Below are positions 1 through 13,572 of a stretch of DNA of 64,000 nt, piece by piece. The stretch covers positions 157,108,001-157,172,000 of the forward strand of contig NC_091470.1 of the NCBI RefSeq assembly GCF_036971445.1. Reading direction: 5' to 3'. Made by a program: the position numbers and the translations under genes. Below the pieces are notes generated by a model. That model had not been told where the DNA came from, did not search any database, and saw nothing but the letters and a program-made list of their open reading frames with translations. Every line of letters starts with the position of its first letter. Position 1 is the first letter of the stretch. This DNA is from Narcine bancroftii. Its lineage: Eukaryota.

Positions 1-799
1 TGGGAACTCTTTGGATTGGAACTAAACAGTTGTGTTCAGCTGTGTTTTACTGCAATGAGAAATTAAAACCATCATAAAAAAGTGATTGAAACACATAAAC
101 AAGGGGTGAGGAATTCTACCAAGTAGAGTCTAACTATGTATCCTCTTGTCAAATCTAATACCCTATAGCCCACACAATATTAAATGAGACTCCTGGCCAG
201 ATCCTTGTGAATTATGGATGTTCATTAATTCCACCCGTAACTGTATGATTCTGGAATTCCTAAAGAAGTCTTTATTGAATCATTTACCAGCTTCCTTGTT
301 TAATCTGTTCCATTTGCCTGAAAATAAACTGACAAAAAAGTTTTTTTTTTTTTTTTTGCTCTATTGATTTTATTTCAATTAAATACAATTTATCTCATTT
401 CAGTTTTGAATAATTTTAAGAATATTTTTGCTTCTGGTGAGGTTTTTTTTTTGTAGACAAACAGTCTTGTTTTATTGGTTTCAAAGGGTTGAAGTGCTTT
501 GGTATCTTCTGTTCTGTGTTGACCCAGCTACGGATTACATTGGACCAACCCCAGTGTTTAACTTAAAGCTATCCAGGGAAAATCCCTCTTGTGATCTCCC
601 CACCCTTTCATTTTATTGAGATAGTCTCTATTATTCTGCACCATGTGCTTCCAATGAAGCCCTTAATGGCAGACAGGTTAAAACTGAGATCCATTAGTCA
701 GAATCTATTTTGTGTGAAACTGGTATAAAGTAAGATGAGAGCAAAAAAAATAATTCAGTGCCTCTCCAAGCAAAGAACGCTTTGGCCTCCGCCGCCAGC

Positions 800-935
800 C
801 CCCCCGCCCCCCCCCCCCAGTGGTGAAAGCTTTGAAGGGCTCCGGGCCGAAATATTGATTATATATCTTTACCTCCTATGGATGCTGAGAGACCGGCTGA
901 GTTACTACAGTCCCAGTGTCTGCAGACTTTGGTGC
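800..935 (+). mobile_element. Penelope-like element terminal fragment
   Basis: TTTGAAGGGCTCCGGGCCGAAA...CCTATGGATGCTGAGAGACCGGCTGAGTT matches the terminal sequence of the Penelope remnants at 15905-16440 and 45390-45845. Confidence 0.55.
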
Positions 936-3389
936 TCAGCTTTTGGCAGATTTCCATTTCCAAAGGTTTCTAACCAGAAAATCGTTATGATTGTGTGAGA
1001 GGAGAGGGGGAGGGAAGAAGACGGGAACATTACGTCTTCAGCATATTCCATACAATTAGTCTAATAAAACAAAAGGATTTTTTTTTAAACTGGAAATGGG
1101 AACTTTCTCCTGTTGAGCTGATATCTATGGATCCTATTCAGGGTTCAATTGCAGAGTGTGGGAAGGATTAGTCATTTACACCTTATGCTTTTCTCAGTCC
1201 AACAGTTTGACCTTCTTTGTTTAAATCAATGACTACGTGATATTTGTTGATTTTTGGGTTAAGTGCAAAGGGCCTAATTTTGGATCTGACATGTTAAGTC
1301 TGCATTACTTTGGTTATTTTCCTTGATTTCAAGGACATGAAGCTTGGCCTTCCAATGAAAGGCAGACCCGTGTGATCTGTATATTGTTCCAAATAATTAT
1401 CAATAGAAATGATTTGCTTTCAGCAACCCCCAACAGTGGCTGTTGCAGAACATCGACTGAAGACTCGAAACTGTTGAAAGTGCAGGTAGAATAGTGGTAC
1501 TTTGAATCATGGGCGGTGGGATTTCTAATCTGGTGCATATATTCTAAACGCTTGTTAATTGTTGATCGTACAGTGGGAACCCTGTGTTTATCAGATGGAA
1601 CTGAATCAGCCTTTTTAAACATCATCACTATATTCCAACCTGGAATGATTTTAATTTGGTAAATCCTATTTTATTGGATTAAACATGTAAATCCTGTTCA
1701 TCTAATAAACTGATTATAAAATGTGAAATTGAGAGAGGTTATTTTAACTCTTGCTGAAGAGAAAGGTATATGGAATCTTGCGGTTAAATGTGGAACCTCC
1801 TATTTCACACAGGGTGCTTTGATGAATTTCCCACAGATCGGCTACATGAAGGGAGAAGGCTGCTCTCTGCTGCCGATAAATTTTCCCCACAGACGGTAAC
1901 TTCTCAACCCCTTCGTAAATTTATCAGGAGGGCCACTGAGCACTCACTAGTACACGAGCCCCAAATGGAATAATTTTCAAATTATTCCAAGCTCTTTAAC
2001 TCCCAACAGACTACAGGTGAGTGAAAGATGTGGTTTGATGTCAGTAGTCGTATTCATAAGTCATGTACTCCAATTGCACACATCCAAGGAAAACTGTTCT
2101 CCAGAAATGATTGTGGCCATTAGAATTCTGGGTTTCGTGCATAAGGGGTTTGATGGTAAAACCAGGAATATCAAGCTGAGTGCAAAGGCTGCACTCAAAG
2201 TGTTAGGCAAAATCAGATTGTGTTTGGGGAGTGAAAGCAGAACCTCTGTAAAATGATCATTAAAATCGTGCATAATATAACTAATGCTTCCCTTCAAAGA
2301 TTTTAAATCTGCATGTCGTTCAGGGTGTTCCATTACAGAAAGGTTAGTGTCACAGGGAACATGAACTGGAAAGGTGTGAGAAATAAAAGGTGACAAATAT
2401 GAGACATCTAGAGTATGAATTTTGAAATCTTCTGCTGATGACATAATTACTGAAAAGGCATATTTTGCACATGAATATAATATTACAGTGTTCCAGTGAC
2501 ACTAGTCTTTAAAAGTGAGGCTATACCTTTTGTGAATCTTGACAGCTATCCATGATTAATTTAACATGCTAATTAAATAACCTCAGAAATGTAAGATACC
2601 AGAGCACATTTTAAACAGGATCTTTCTCTGATTAACAACCATGAGCAGCAACGGCAGCTTTCTCCCACTCGAAATGTAATTGCTCTGACTCCATTCTCGT
2701 TTAAATAGACTTGGACCTGATGTGGTTTAATTACTCAGTTGGGATTAAAATTAAAAACAGCCAGTTTTGGAAACCTTGCACTTGGGATTATTCACAGCAT
2801 TAATAATAATAACCTGCTATTTACAGCCAAAAATACACATGCCTGAGCTACACTGGCCAGATGGCCTCCGCAAGGGGTCCTCGCTGTCCGCAAATTAAGT
2901 GGCTGCTTCTCATTTCCAGCCAGGTGCACACTTGCAGCGATTCTGCCTGGAAACTGCTTGTGTGGACCTGGTTGGAAAGCAACAAAAAAAAAACTGCAGA
3001 TGCTGGAAAGCTGAAACAAAACAGAAAATGCTGGTGCAGTACAAACCTGGACTTTAATGATGCTGGGCTGGGGAGATTGTCCATGCTCCTGTTATTTCCA
3101 CAAATCTCACAACATGTTTAATTTGAATTTACAGTGTGATCATTGTTACAATGGAGGTAACCAATGGAAGCGAATGAGTGAACGAACTAGGGTCCTGGTG
3201 AGTGGAAGGGAGACATGCAAATGGCACCAGGTGAGCCAGGTGCTAAACCATAAGGAGTTCCAAATAGTTGGGTAATGGTGTTATAGTAAAGCTCTAATAA
3301 TCTATGTTGGGCAGCATCTGTACAGAGAGAATCTGAGATAACTTTTCAGTTTTCTTGAAAGGTTGTTAACCTCTAGCATCATGGTAAAC

Positions 3390-3950
3390 AGGAAAATCTG
3401 CAGATGCTGTGATTGTGTGCAGGAGAAACTCAGCAGGTCCCGCAACATCTATTGAAAGTAAAGGGTAGCCAATGTTTCGGGCCTGAGCCCGTCGTCAAGG
3501 TATGAGCAAAAAGCAGGCCATCACCTGAATAAAAATGAGGGTGCAGAGAGGAGAGGAATGGGCAGGGGGAGGAGTTCCGAAAAAGTAACAGGTAACAGGT
3601 GGAAATAAGTGGAAGGGTAGAAGGGGGGGAAAATGCTGAGATGATAGAAGGAGGGGTTAGCTCTCTGTAGGGAGCTGAAAGGAAGTATAGGGACAGATTC
3701 AGGGAGGGGTCTAATGAACTGGAGAAGTCTAAGTTAATGACATCTGGTTGGAGAGTGCCCCCATGGAAATGTTAGGTGGTGTTCCTCTAATTTGCGGGTA
3801 GCCTCAGTTTGGCAGTGCAGGAGGCCGTGGATAGACATGTCAGTGCGTGGAATTAAAATGACACGAGGCAGTCTTTATTACAGCAGACTGAATGAGGGTG
3901 TTCAATGAAACCATCTCGCAGTCTGTGTCCAGTCTCTGGAGTAGAAGAGG
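3390..3950 (-). mobile_element. Penelope-like retroelement 3' fragment (C-terminus of GIY-YIG endonuclease plus terminal repeat)
   Basis: Minus strand encodes ...TDMSIHGLLHCQTEATRKLEEHHLTFPWGTLQPDVINLDFS, typical of the end of the Penelope ORF, followed by the shared terminal repeat with a hammerhead-like motif at ~3466-3503. Confidence 0.75.
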
Positions 3951-4107
3951 CCTGATCAGCTGGATGTTTCCAATGTTCTGGCATTTTTTTCAATCCCAGT
4001 GGTTTCCTGTTGAAGGTAACTGTCAACACTTGACCACTCAGACCGCAATGGCCTGTTACTGTGCTGTAAGTCTAAATAAATTTACAGCAAGGGGTGAGTG
4101 CTAATCT

Positions 4108-7100
4108 GTTTTTTTTGATTTTTCACACTGAATCATGTCAACCAAAATATGTACAAACGTTTCTCATTAAATTTACACAGTGAACTTTTCTCCCTTTTTT
4201 TTCCCCCCTTTCCCTCCCTCCCCTCTACCCACCCCCACCCCCCCAAGCCCATTGGTGTTCAACATATATAAAACAATATCTTGACAGGAAGGAAAATAAA
4301 TAAGAAAAATGCGTCATCTATTTATTACACACTGAATCTAGTCGTTTTGTCTTATTTTCATTTTAGGGGATGGAGGTCTGTGGTCGGCTCTTTCTGATAT
4401 GTTCCATGTATGGTTCCCAAATTTGTTCAAATAATGTGACTTTATTTCTTAAATTATGTTATTTTTCCAATGGAATACATTTATTCATTTCCATGTACCA
4501 TTGCTGTATTCTCAGGCTCTCTTCCAATTTCCAAGTTGACATACATTTTTTTGCTACTGCTAAGGCTATCATAATGAATCTCTTTTGCGCCTTATCCAAA
4601 TTGAGGCCTAATTCTTTACTACTTATGTTATCTAAAAGAAATATCTCTGGTTTTTTTGGTATCTGATTTAGTTCTTCCCAAATCGTATTCACCTTCACAC
4701 ATTTCCTTCCCACAGCGAAAACTATCTATTATCTATCTGATAATGTTGAATCCCATTTTTTTTAATTTTTCAGGAGTGATAACCTGTGTAACCAATTATA
4801 CTGTATCATGCATAACTTTGTGTTTATTGTATTCTTTGTATTCTTCATTGTTCCAGAACATAACTTTTCCCATACTTCATTTTTTATCTTTATGTTTAAA
4901 TCCTTTTCCCACTTTAGCTTAGGTTTATAGTTTATTTCTTGCAGCTTAATGTACATGTTCGTTATAAATCTTTTAATTATGATTGTGTCTGTAATCACAT
5001 ATTCAAAGCTGCTTCCTTCAGGTAATCTCAAGCTGTTTCCCAATTTATCCTTTAAGCTTTCAATTGATGAGCTGCAAACATTGTATCATGAGTTATTCCA
5101 TATTTGTACTTCAACTGTCCAAATGTTAATAAATTATTTCCCAAAAAACAATTTTCTATTCTTTTGATTCCTTTTCTCTCCCATTCTCCAAAGAAAAGGA
5201 ATTAGCGGATTTTGCGTCAATAATAATTTTGGTATTTGGTCTTTTTTTCTTTCTAAGTGGATCTTCTTCCATGTATTAAGTAAATGATGCAGTACTGGTG
5301 AGTTTTTATATTGCACCAGTTTTTCATCCCACTTATAAAGTATATGTTCCGGTAACTTCTCGCCTATTTTATCTAGTTCTAGCTTAGTCCGGTCTGGTTT
5401 TTCCCTTGTCTGATAAAAATTTGATAAATACTTTAATTGGGCGGCTCTATAATAATTTCTAAAATTTGGTAACCGCAAACCACTTGATTATACCTCTCTG
5501 CTAATTTATCTAACGCTACCCTTGGTTTCTTCCCTTTCCACAAGAATTTCCTTATTGTTTAGTTCATTTTAAAAAAAATTCTGTTAAGGGAATTGGTAAC
5601 GTTTGAAATAAGTATTGTATCCTTGGAGACACATTCATATTAATGCAGTTTACCCTTCCTATCAACGTTAGTGGTAATTCTTTCCAATGTTCTTAGTCTT
5701 CCTGTAATTTCTTCATTAATGGCTGATTATTATCTAACCTGATCCCTAGGTATCGGATTACTTGTGCTTGCCATTTAAATGGTGATTCTTTTTAAAATTC
5801 TGTATAATCTGTGTTACTGTTTGGGATCACTTCACTTTTATTTGTGTTGATCTTGAACACCGATATTTCTCCATATTCCTTCAATTTCTTATGTAATTCT
5901 TTTATTGATATCTCTGGTTCTGTTAAGAATACTATGTCGTCTGCAAATAAATTTATACTCTTTCTTTATTTTTATCCTTTTATTTTATTTTCAGTTCTTA
6001 TCAGATCTGTCAAAGTTTCTATTGCTAAGGCGAACAATAAGGGGGATAGTGGACATCCCTGGCTAGTTGACCCACTTAATTTAAAGTGACTTGATACATA
6101 TCCATTTACTGCTACTTTTGCCAACGGTCCATTATACAATGCTTTAATCCAATTTATATATTTTTCTGGTGGTTTGAACTTCTGTAATACTTTAAATAAG
6201 TAGTTCCACTCTACACTGTCAAAGGCTTTTTCTGCATCTAAAGCAACAGCCACTGTTGGTTTCTTATTTCCTTCAACTGCATGAATTAGAATAATAAATT
6301 TACGGACATTATCCGCTGTTAGTCTTTTCTTCATAAATCCAGTTTGATCTTGTTTTACTATTTTTGGTACACAATCGGCCAATTTGTTTACTAATAATTT
6401 CACTATTATCTTATAATCTGAGTTAAGTAGAGATATTGATCTATATGATGCTGGTGTTAATAGATATTACTATAATTATTGCTGTCTTACATGAATCTGA
6501 CAAGTTTTGTGTTTCTTTTATCTGGTTCATTACTTCCAGGAGAGGAGGAATTAATAACTCTTGAAATGTTTTATAGAATTCTATTGGGAATCCATCCTCT
6601 ACTGATGTTTTATTGTTCAGCAGCTTTTTTAATATATCCTGTACTTCCTATATTTCAGATGGTTTTATTAGTTTGTTTTGTTCCTCTCCTTGCAATTTCA
6701 GCAGTTCAATTTTAGCTAAAAATTCCTCTATTTTATCTTCTTTCCCCTCGTTCTCAATTTGATACAATTGTTCATAAAATTCCTTAAAATTTTCATTAAT
6801 CTCTGTTGGGTTTATGTAATTTGTTTGTCCTTTTTCCTTGATGCCAGTATCATTCTTTTAGCTTGTTCTAAGTTGCCAGGCTAATATTTTGTTTTTTCTC
6901 CCAGTTTGTAATACTTTTGCTTTGTTTTCATTATGTTCTTCTCCACCTTGTACGTTTGTAATGTTTTGTTTTTTATTGTTTTGTCCCCCAATTCTGTCCT
7001 TTTCGTTATATCATCCCTTTTTACAAATTCCTTTTCTGTACTTACTATCTCCCTTTCCAAATGCTCTATTTCCCTATTGTAATCCTTTTTCATTTAGTTT

Positions 7101-9799
7101 CATAACTTATTATCTGTCCTCTAATGAAGGCTTTCATTGCATCCCATAATATAAATTTGTCTTTCACTGATTCTGTGTTTATTTCAAATATGTTTTAATT
7201 TGGCGTTCAATAAACTCCCAAAATTCCTGTCTTTTAAGTAGCATGGAGTTTAACCTCCATCTATATGTTCTTGGTGGGATGTTCTCCAGTTCTATTGCTA
7301 ATAACAGGGGTGAATGATCTGATAGTAGTCTAGCTTTATACTCAGTTTTCCTAACTCTCCCTTGAATATGGGCCGACAACAAAAACATATCAATCCTTGA
7401 GTATGTTTTGTGCCGACTCGAATAATATGAATATTCCTTCTCTCTTGGATACTGCCTCCTCCATATATCCAAAAGTTTAATTTCCTGCATTGATTTAACT
7501 ATAAATTTGTCTACTTTATTCTTATTACATCTTTTGTCCAGTTTTATCGAATATTGGGTCCAAATTAAGATTAAAATCTCCTCCTATCAATATATTTCCT
7601 TATGTGTCAGTCACAATATCCTGCATAAACTTTTGATCCTCCTCGTTAGGCGCATATATTGAGCAAATTCCAAAATTCTGAGTATATCTGACATTTTATC
7701 ATTACATACCTCCCTGCTGGATCTAATATTTCCTCTATTTTAATTGGTACATTTTGTTAACTAGTATGGCTGCACCTCTAGATTTTGAATTATATGATGC
7801 TGCTGCTACGTGTCCTACCCAGTCTCTCTTTAAATTTATGTTCCACTTCAGTTAGATGTGTTTCCTGCACATACTTTATCTATTTTTTTGTTCTTCAATA
7901 AATTTAGTAGCCTCTTCCTTTTAATTTGGTTATGTATTCCATTAATGTTTATAGTCATATAGTTCAACATGGCCATCTTATGTCTTGCTTATATTTCTTT
8001 TCCTCCTCCATCCCCCTTTTCATCTCTTGGTTTTCTCTTATTAAACTTAATGTACGACAACACATTTAAAACATAAAGTACCCCCGCGGTTCCCACACCC
8101 ACTAATACCTTAACCCCAAAAGTTCCCTCCCTCTCTGAGTTGCCCTTATCCCTTGCCAGGCAACCACAACTCCCCTTTTCATTTGGATTGCGATCTTGCT
8201 CGCATCGTCAACTGATTTTGCAGTGACGGTTATTCCCCCTCTACCCAGCCCTCTCCAGAAAACACTTTTTTTTTCCCCACCCTTGCTTACTTCCTTCCCT
8301 TCTGTTTTCCCTCTTTAGTTCTTTACATATACATTGAAGTATTTATAAAGATGTAAAAACATCGCCGTTCTTCATCTCTTCTTCTGTCCTGTAAACGTTC
8401 TGCAAATTCTAGCGCTTCCTCTGGATCCGAGAACAGTCAGTTTTGCTCCCCGGGTATAAATATTTTAAGCACGGCTGGATGTCTTAACATGAATTTGTAA
8501 CTTTTTTTCCATAAAATCGTTTTCACTGTATTAAACTCCTTCCTCCTCTTTAAGAGTTCAAAACTTATGTCTGGGTAAAAAAAATATTTTTTGACCTTTG
8601 TATTCCAATGGTTTATTATCTTCTCTAACTTTATTCCTTGCCCGTTTCATTATGTATTCTCTTGTCGTATATCTCAAAAATTTTACTAAGATGGATCTTG
8701 GTTTTTTGATGTGTCTGCGGTTTCGGAGCTAATGCTCTGTGAGCCCTTTCTATTTCCATTTCTTCCTGAATTTCTCTCGTTCCTAGGACCTTTGGGATCC
8801 ATCCTTTTATAAATTCCTTCATGTCTGTGCCTTCTTCACCCTCCTTCAGGCCCACTGTTTTTGTTGTTTCGTCTACTATAATTTTCCAACACATCAATTT
8901 TCTGAGATAACAACTCTTGTGCCTCTTTAATTTTTTTTGTCACTTTCTTCCAATTTTTCTCTCAAATCGTTTACTTCCATTTCTACAGCCGTTTCCCGCT
9001 CTTCCAGACTCTCTACTCTTTTCCCTATTTCTGTCATTACCAGTTCTAACCTTTGCATTTTATCTTCTTTTCATTTTCCTTTTACTTGCATTAAATTCTA
9101 ATAACCATTCTTTTAATGACCTCATTTGTTCTTCAAAAAACTATCTATATTCTGTCCATCAGTTTTACCTTCTATTTCTCTGTGAAGATCTTGGTGGTCT
9201 TCTTCCTCTTCTTCTGTGTCTGTACCTGTGTTTTTGTCTTCTCTTGTTTTTCCTGTGGATCTGCTTGCATCTCTTTGTCGGTCCTCCCCTCTTGGGCTAC
9301 TCTGTTGTGTCTCCTGGCGTTGATCTTCTTGCCGGTTGTCTCTCTCCCACGTCACTCCCTTCTCTGCTGCGTTTCTCGTCTTCCACCTGAGCGTCCTGGT
9401 GTGGGGCGTCCCTCTGCTGGGCCCTCTCCCACCGGTGTACTCTTTTTTTTCCGTTGGTTGCGCACTACGCACTTTTTGTCTCCGATAGCCATTTTTGAAG
9501 TCCACTGGCAGGTGAGTCGCAACTCCGCGGGGCAGGCACTGACCTCGGGGGTCCGGCGCTCTTCGCCACCACAGCATCCTGTTCCTTTGTGCAGGTGAGG
9601 CCGCCTTCTTTCTTCTTCAGCAATTTTTCAACTTCTTTTATTCCAGTTGTTTTTATTCTCCTTGGATGCCATCCTCCTCTCTAACTTTATCTTCTATTTC
9701 TTGTATTTTACTTTTGTTGTGCTTTGTCTTTTTCTAACTTTTTTCCTGCAGAGGGCTGGTTTTTCCGACCAGCCACTACTCCATCACATTGACTCCTCC
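4108..9799 (-). mobile_element. Full-length, decayed L1-clade LINE (ORF1 + EN/RT ORF2) with 11-bp target-site duplication
   Basis: ORF1 remnants (GLKEGEEGTDMKEFIKGWIPKVLG...EIERAHRAL). ORF2 starts near 7976 (MAMLNYMTININGIHN), has APE motifs (YSRIDMFL, LSDHSPL) and RT motifs (ALDAEKAFDSVEW, QGCPLSPLLFALAIE, LFADD). T-run at 4109-4116 is the poly(A). AGTGCTAATCT occurs at 4097-4107 and 9800-9810. Many frameshifts and stops. Confidence 0.93.
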
Positions 9800-11269
9800 A
9801 GTGCTAATCTATGTTGAGCTTGAATGTTTGTCACATATACTGAGATACAGTGTGAAAACTTTGTTTTGCGTGTCATCCAGGTCAAACAATACTTGAACGC
9901 AGCAGGAAGTGCAAAATAAAACAAATTAATGGAGTGAGTGTTCAATTAAAACCATTCCAGGGCCATTACATGTTAATAGCGAGAGATCATTCAAGAGTCT
10001 GATAGCAGAGAGAAAAACTTGAATCTGTTAATAACCAGTATCTGTTAACCTGCATCCACATAATTGATGAGCATTAGAAATAAATGTCTGAATATCAGAC
10101 CAGGGCAGTTCCCCAACTCCAATAAAATGAGTATTGTGTAAATAGAAGGCAAACAATGAAAAGCTTGGGTTGGGTTTTCTCATCATTAAATAAGCATTTA
10201 CTTCGATTAAAATTTGCAGTTACTTTGCATCTTTAATGAGTGTGTAATGGGTGAAGATAAATTTAGGGAGTTTCATTGATCTGTAACCAGGCTAACCATC
10301 ACATGGGATGATTTGAGAAAGCGAGTTGGTCAGCGGTTAGATGGCTGCAAGTTTTGCAGCATGAAAGAAGTTCTGGAGTGTAGGAAGGGAATTCCTGTCT
10401 GTAGATGATGGATATGGTTCTTTTTAAAACAACTGCTTGTCCTTTTCAGAGGACAGGTAGGAGACAGCTGCATAGCCATGGAGCTGGGGGTTCATAGAGG
10501 CCAGACCAGGTATGGATGGCAGCTTTTCTTCCCCTATGAGCCAGATGGGTCTTTGCACCAATTAACAACTGAGTTTCTCATGGTCATTACTAGAATTCCA
10601 ATGTATCACTAAATGCCATGGTGGGATTCAAACCAATGTCCCAGGGACTTGGCTCCATATATCTAGATTATTAATCCAGAGATGATGAGGTAAGTATTGC
10701 CAGCGGGCTGCCCGACCGAGGTTTGACGTGATATAAAGGTGAGGATGTCACAGGCTAACAGCACAACATTTGGAAGAGGTTAGATAGGGTGGGTCACGGT
10801 GAGATTTAGAAATGAGATAAGTTTGAACTTGGGGCCAATTGGAGAGGTTTGCTGATAAAGGGAAAGATGAGAGAAGTTTCTGAAGGGAAGGGGCAGGGAG
10901 GTGATGCAACAGCAGAAGGCAATGAAAGGAACTGCCTAACACTTCCCTGTCAGATGATACGTATTGGTGAGCAATATCAAGAGAATATTTCGGCAGTTAA
11001 CGTACAAGTACATTTACAAAGCGAAAAAGACTGCATCATAACTCACTCCTTTATTACAGTTATTATGGCTTTGTGAAAGGGGAACACAAATATCTTAGAC
11101 TCCTTTTGAGGACATAAGTGCCAGGACAGATAAACTATGAATGTAGCATATTTGGATTTCCCATAGGTTACAGTATAAGACCTTATGGGTTGAGGGCAAC
11201 CTGGAGAGAGAGGCCGGACAGAATCAGACCTTTTTTGCCAGTTGCTGAACTAGTGATTTAGTTCTAAAT

Positions 11270-11438
11270 CAGAGATGGGAAACCTTTTTAGACATACAGC
11301 ACGGTAACAGGCCATTTCAGCCCATGAATATGTACCGGGGGGGGGGGGGGGTTTAGGTTAATTGGGCAGCACAGACTCATGGGCTGAAATGGCCTGTTAC
11401 CACGCTGTATGTCTAAATTAAAAGATTGCCCACCCCCA
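11270..11438. mobile_element. hAT-type TIR-bounded palindromic element whose interior is two inverted SINE 3' tails
   Basis: Ends CAGAGATGGGAAACCTTTT / AAAAGATTGCCCACCCCCA; flanking 8-mers TTCTAAAT / GTCTAAAT; inner 41-bp inverted repeat 11287-11327 / 11377-11417. Confidence 0.6.
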
Positions 11439-12164
11439 GTCTAAATCAAGATCATCGATTGTTGAAGGGAGCATGTGTAATGTTCCCAGGTTCTTGGTGC
11501 TGCAAAGCTATGTGGGGAAAGTTGTGTGTTCAGAGGGATAGAGGTTGAGCAACTAAACCGTAGAATAGACAGGGTATTATATACATGATGTGATACATGT
11601 AATGGTACACAGATCTCTTGGAACAAGCACAGAAAGTTGACAGAATGGAAGCAAATAGATCAAGTCTAGATTGAGAATTCCCTTGTGAGGAAAGATTGAC
11701 CAGCTTGGCCTGTACTGTCTAAAGAAAAAGGCAACTGGATTGAATCAAAATTCCTAGTAAAGCAAGGAGTGTTCGAGAAATCTAGGCCCCACCTTTTGAA
11801 CTAAGGCTGGGCTAAAGTCTATTAGATGGGAGGAATTAGATTAATGGTGCAGATAGAAGCATTTGTCGGAAAAGAACACTTGTGATTCATTTATTGAGAA
11901 ATAGAATCGTGAATGAAGATGGTGTTAAATTTGTACAAAAAATTTGTTATACACATTTAAGTTTATATTGTGATTATGTAAGTAAAATTCTGTTTTAAGG
12001 AGTTTCTCAAGAGTGTGTGTGATCAAGCAGAACTGGACAGTAAGCCACATGGAGGAACAATGGTCTAATGAGGAGAGATTGCCAAAACTGAATTCCCTCA
12101 ATACGCCAATCATTTCATTTAAATTTTTTTTAAAAAGGAAAAACTGGTAAAATGTGTTGGATGT

Positions 12165-12510
12165 GTATCAAAAAAAGATGAGAGGACACTTAATAAGATT
12201 GAGAGATATGGATAAGATGGACAGCCAGTGCCTTTTTCCCAGGGCAGGATTATCAAACACCAGGGAACATCTGTACAAAGTGAAGGGAGATAATTTTAGG
12301 GGAGACATCAGAGGGTAGGGTTTTTTTTTTTTACACAGAGTTGTGGGTGCCAGGGATGGTGGTGAAACATCGGAGGCATTTAAGACACTCTTAGACATAA
12401 AAATAGAGGGTTACGTGGTAGGAAAGGGATTCGGTTTTTTTTGGTGTGACTGTAGGTTGGCATAACATTGAGGGCCCTGTAATGTGCCATCGTGCTTGAT
12501 GTTCTTGATA
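12165..12510 (+). mobile_element. CR1-clade LINE 3' fragment
   Basis: Similar to the 3' ends of the CR1 copies at 25580-25940 and 50400-50750. Confidence 0.7.
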
Positions 12511-12599
12511 AACCACATTTTCACCAAGATGATGTTAGGAGCTCCTCACAACCCTGATTCAGGGTGCAGAAGAAACCATTGAGGGCATTCCTTGCACTG

Positions 12600-13130
12600 T
12601 AAAATAATAGAAACATGGTACACCACAGCACAGAAACAGGCCCCTTTGGCCCTTCTAGTGTGCAGAACCATTTTTTCTGCCTAGTTCCACTGACCTGCAC
12701 CCAGTCCATACCTCTCCCATCCACGTACCTGTCCAAATTCTTCTTAAATGTTAAAATTAAGCCCGCATTCACCACTTCAGCTGGCACCTTGTTCCACACT
12801 CCCACCACTCTCTGTGGAGGTTTCCCCTTTCACCCTTAACTCATGTCCCCTGGTTTGTTTCTCACCTACCCACAGTGGAAAAAGCCTATCTACATTTACT
12901 CTGTCTATGCCCCTCATTCTTCTACGCTCCAGTGAATAAAGTCCTAACCTGGTTGACCTTTCCCCTGTAACTCTGTTTCTGAAATCTGGGCAACATCCAA
13001 GTAAATCTCTGCACTCTTTCAATCTTATTGTTTACTTTCCTGTAATTAGGTGACCAAAACTGTACACTATACTCCTAATTTGGCTTTACCAATGTTTGAT
13101 ACAACTTTATCCCAACTCCTGCACTCAATA
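12600..13130 (-). mobile_element. CR1-clade LINE 3' fragment
   Basis: Minus-strand peptides RLGLYSLERRRMRGIDRVNVDRLFP and VWNKVPAEVVNAG...FKKNLDRY are characteristic of the CR1 ORF2 C-terminus. Confidence 0.85.
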
Positions 13131-13572
13131 CAGGTTTACCCCGCTTTATGCAAATTCTATTTTATGAAGAAATGTGTTCACTTTTACAAAAAGGCGGCTG
13201 TCGGGGCTGTCAGCGCACAGAGGCAAGGATTGGAAGGGGATTTAGTGAGTTCTATTGCTTTAAGCACAGTGCTCACAGGAACATGGTGTGTGGGAGGTGA
13301 AAATCAAACTGTACAGGAGAGTGACTGACAGAGACACTATACAGGTGGCACTAGTTGTTCACGTACTCCATCCTCAATTACCCCATTTTACAAAAGGTTA
13401 ATATGAAACAATGAAGGAGACACTTAGAAGTAACTAGAAGCTTGATCAAGGAAGTGCATGTTAGCGGGTGTTTAAAAAGGGTTTGGGGAGGGTGGGTGGA
13501 AGGACAGGCTGTGACAGGTGCAGCCACGACTAGTGTTGGTCCAAACCTTCAACATCAGCAGGGTTTAAATTA

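Noticed and set aside
13131-13427. Possible Tigger-derived MITE starting TA|CAGGTTTACCCCGCTTTA
   Set aside because: The right TIR match is too weak to support a call without a database search.
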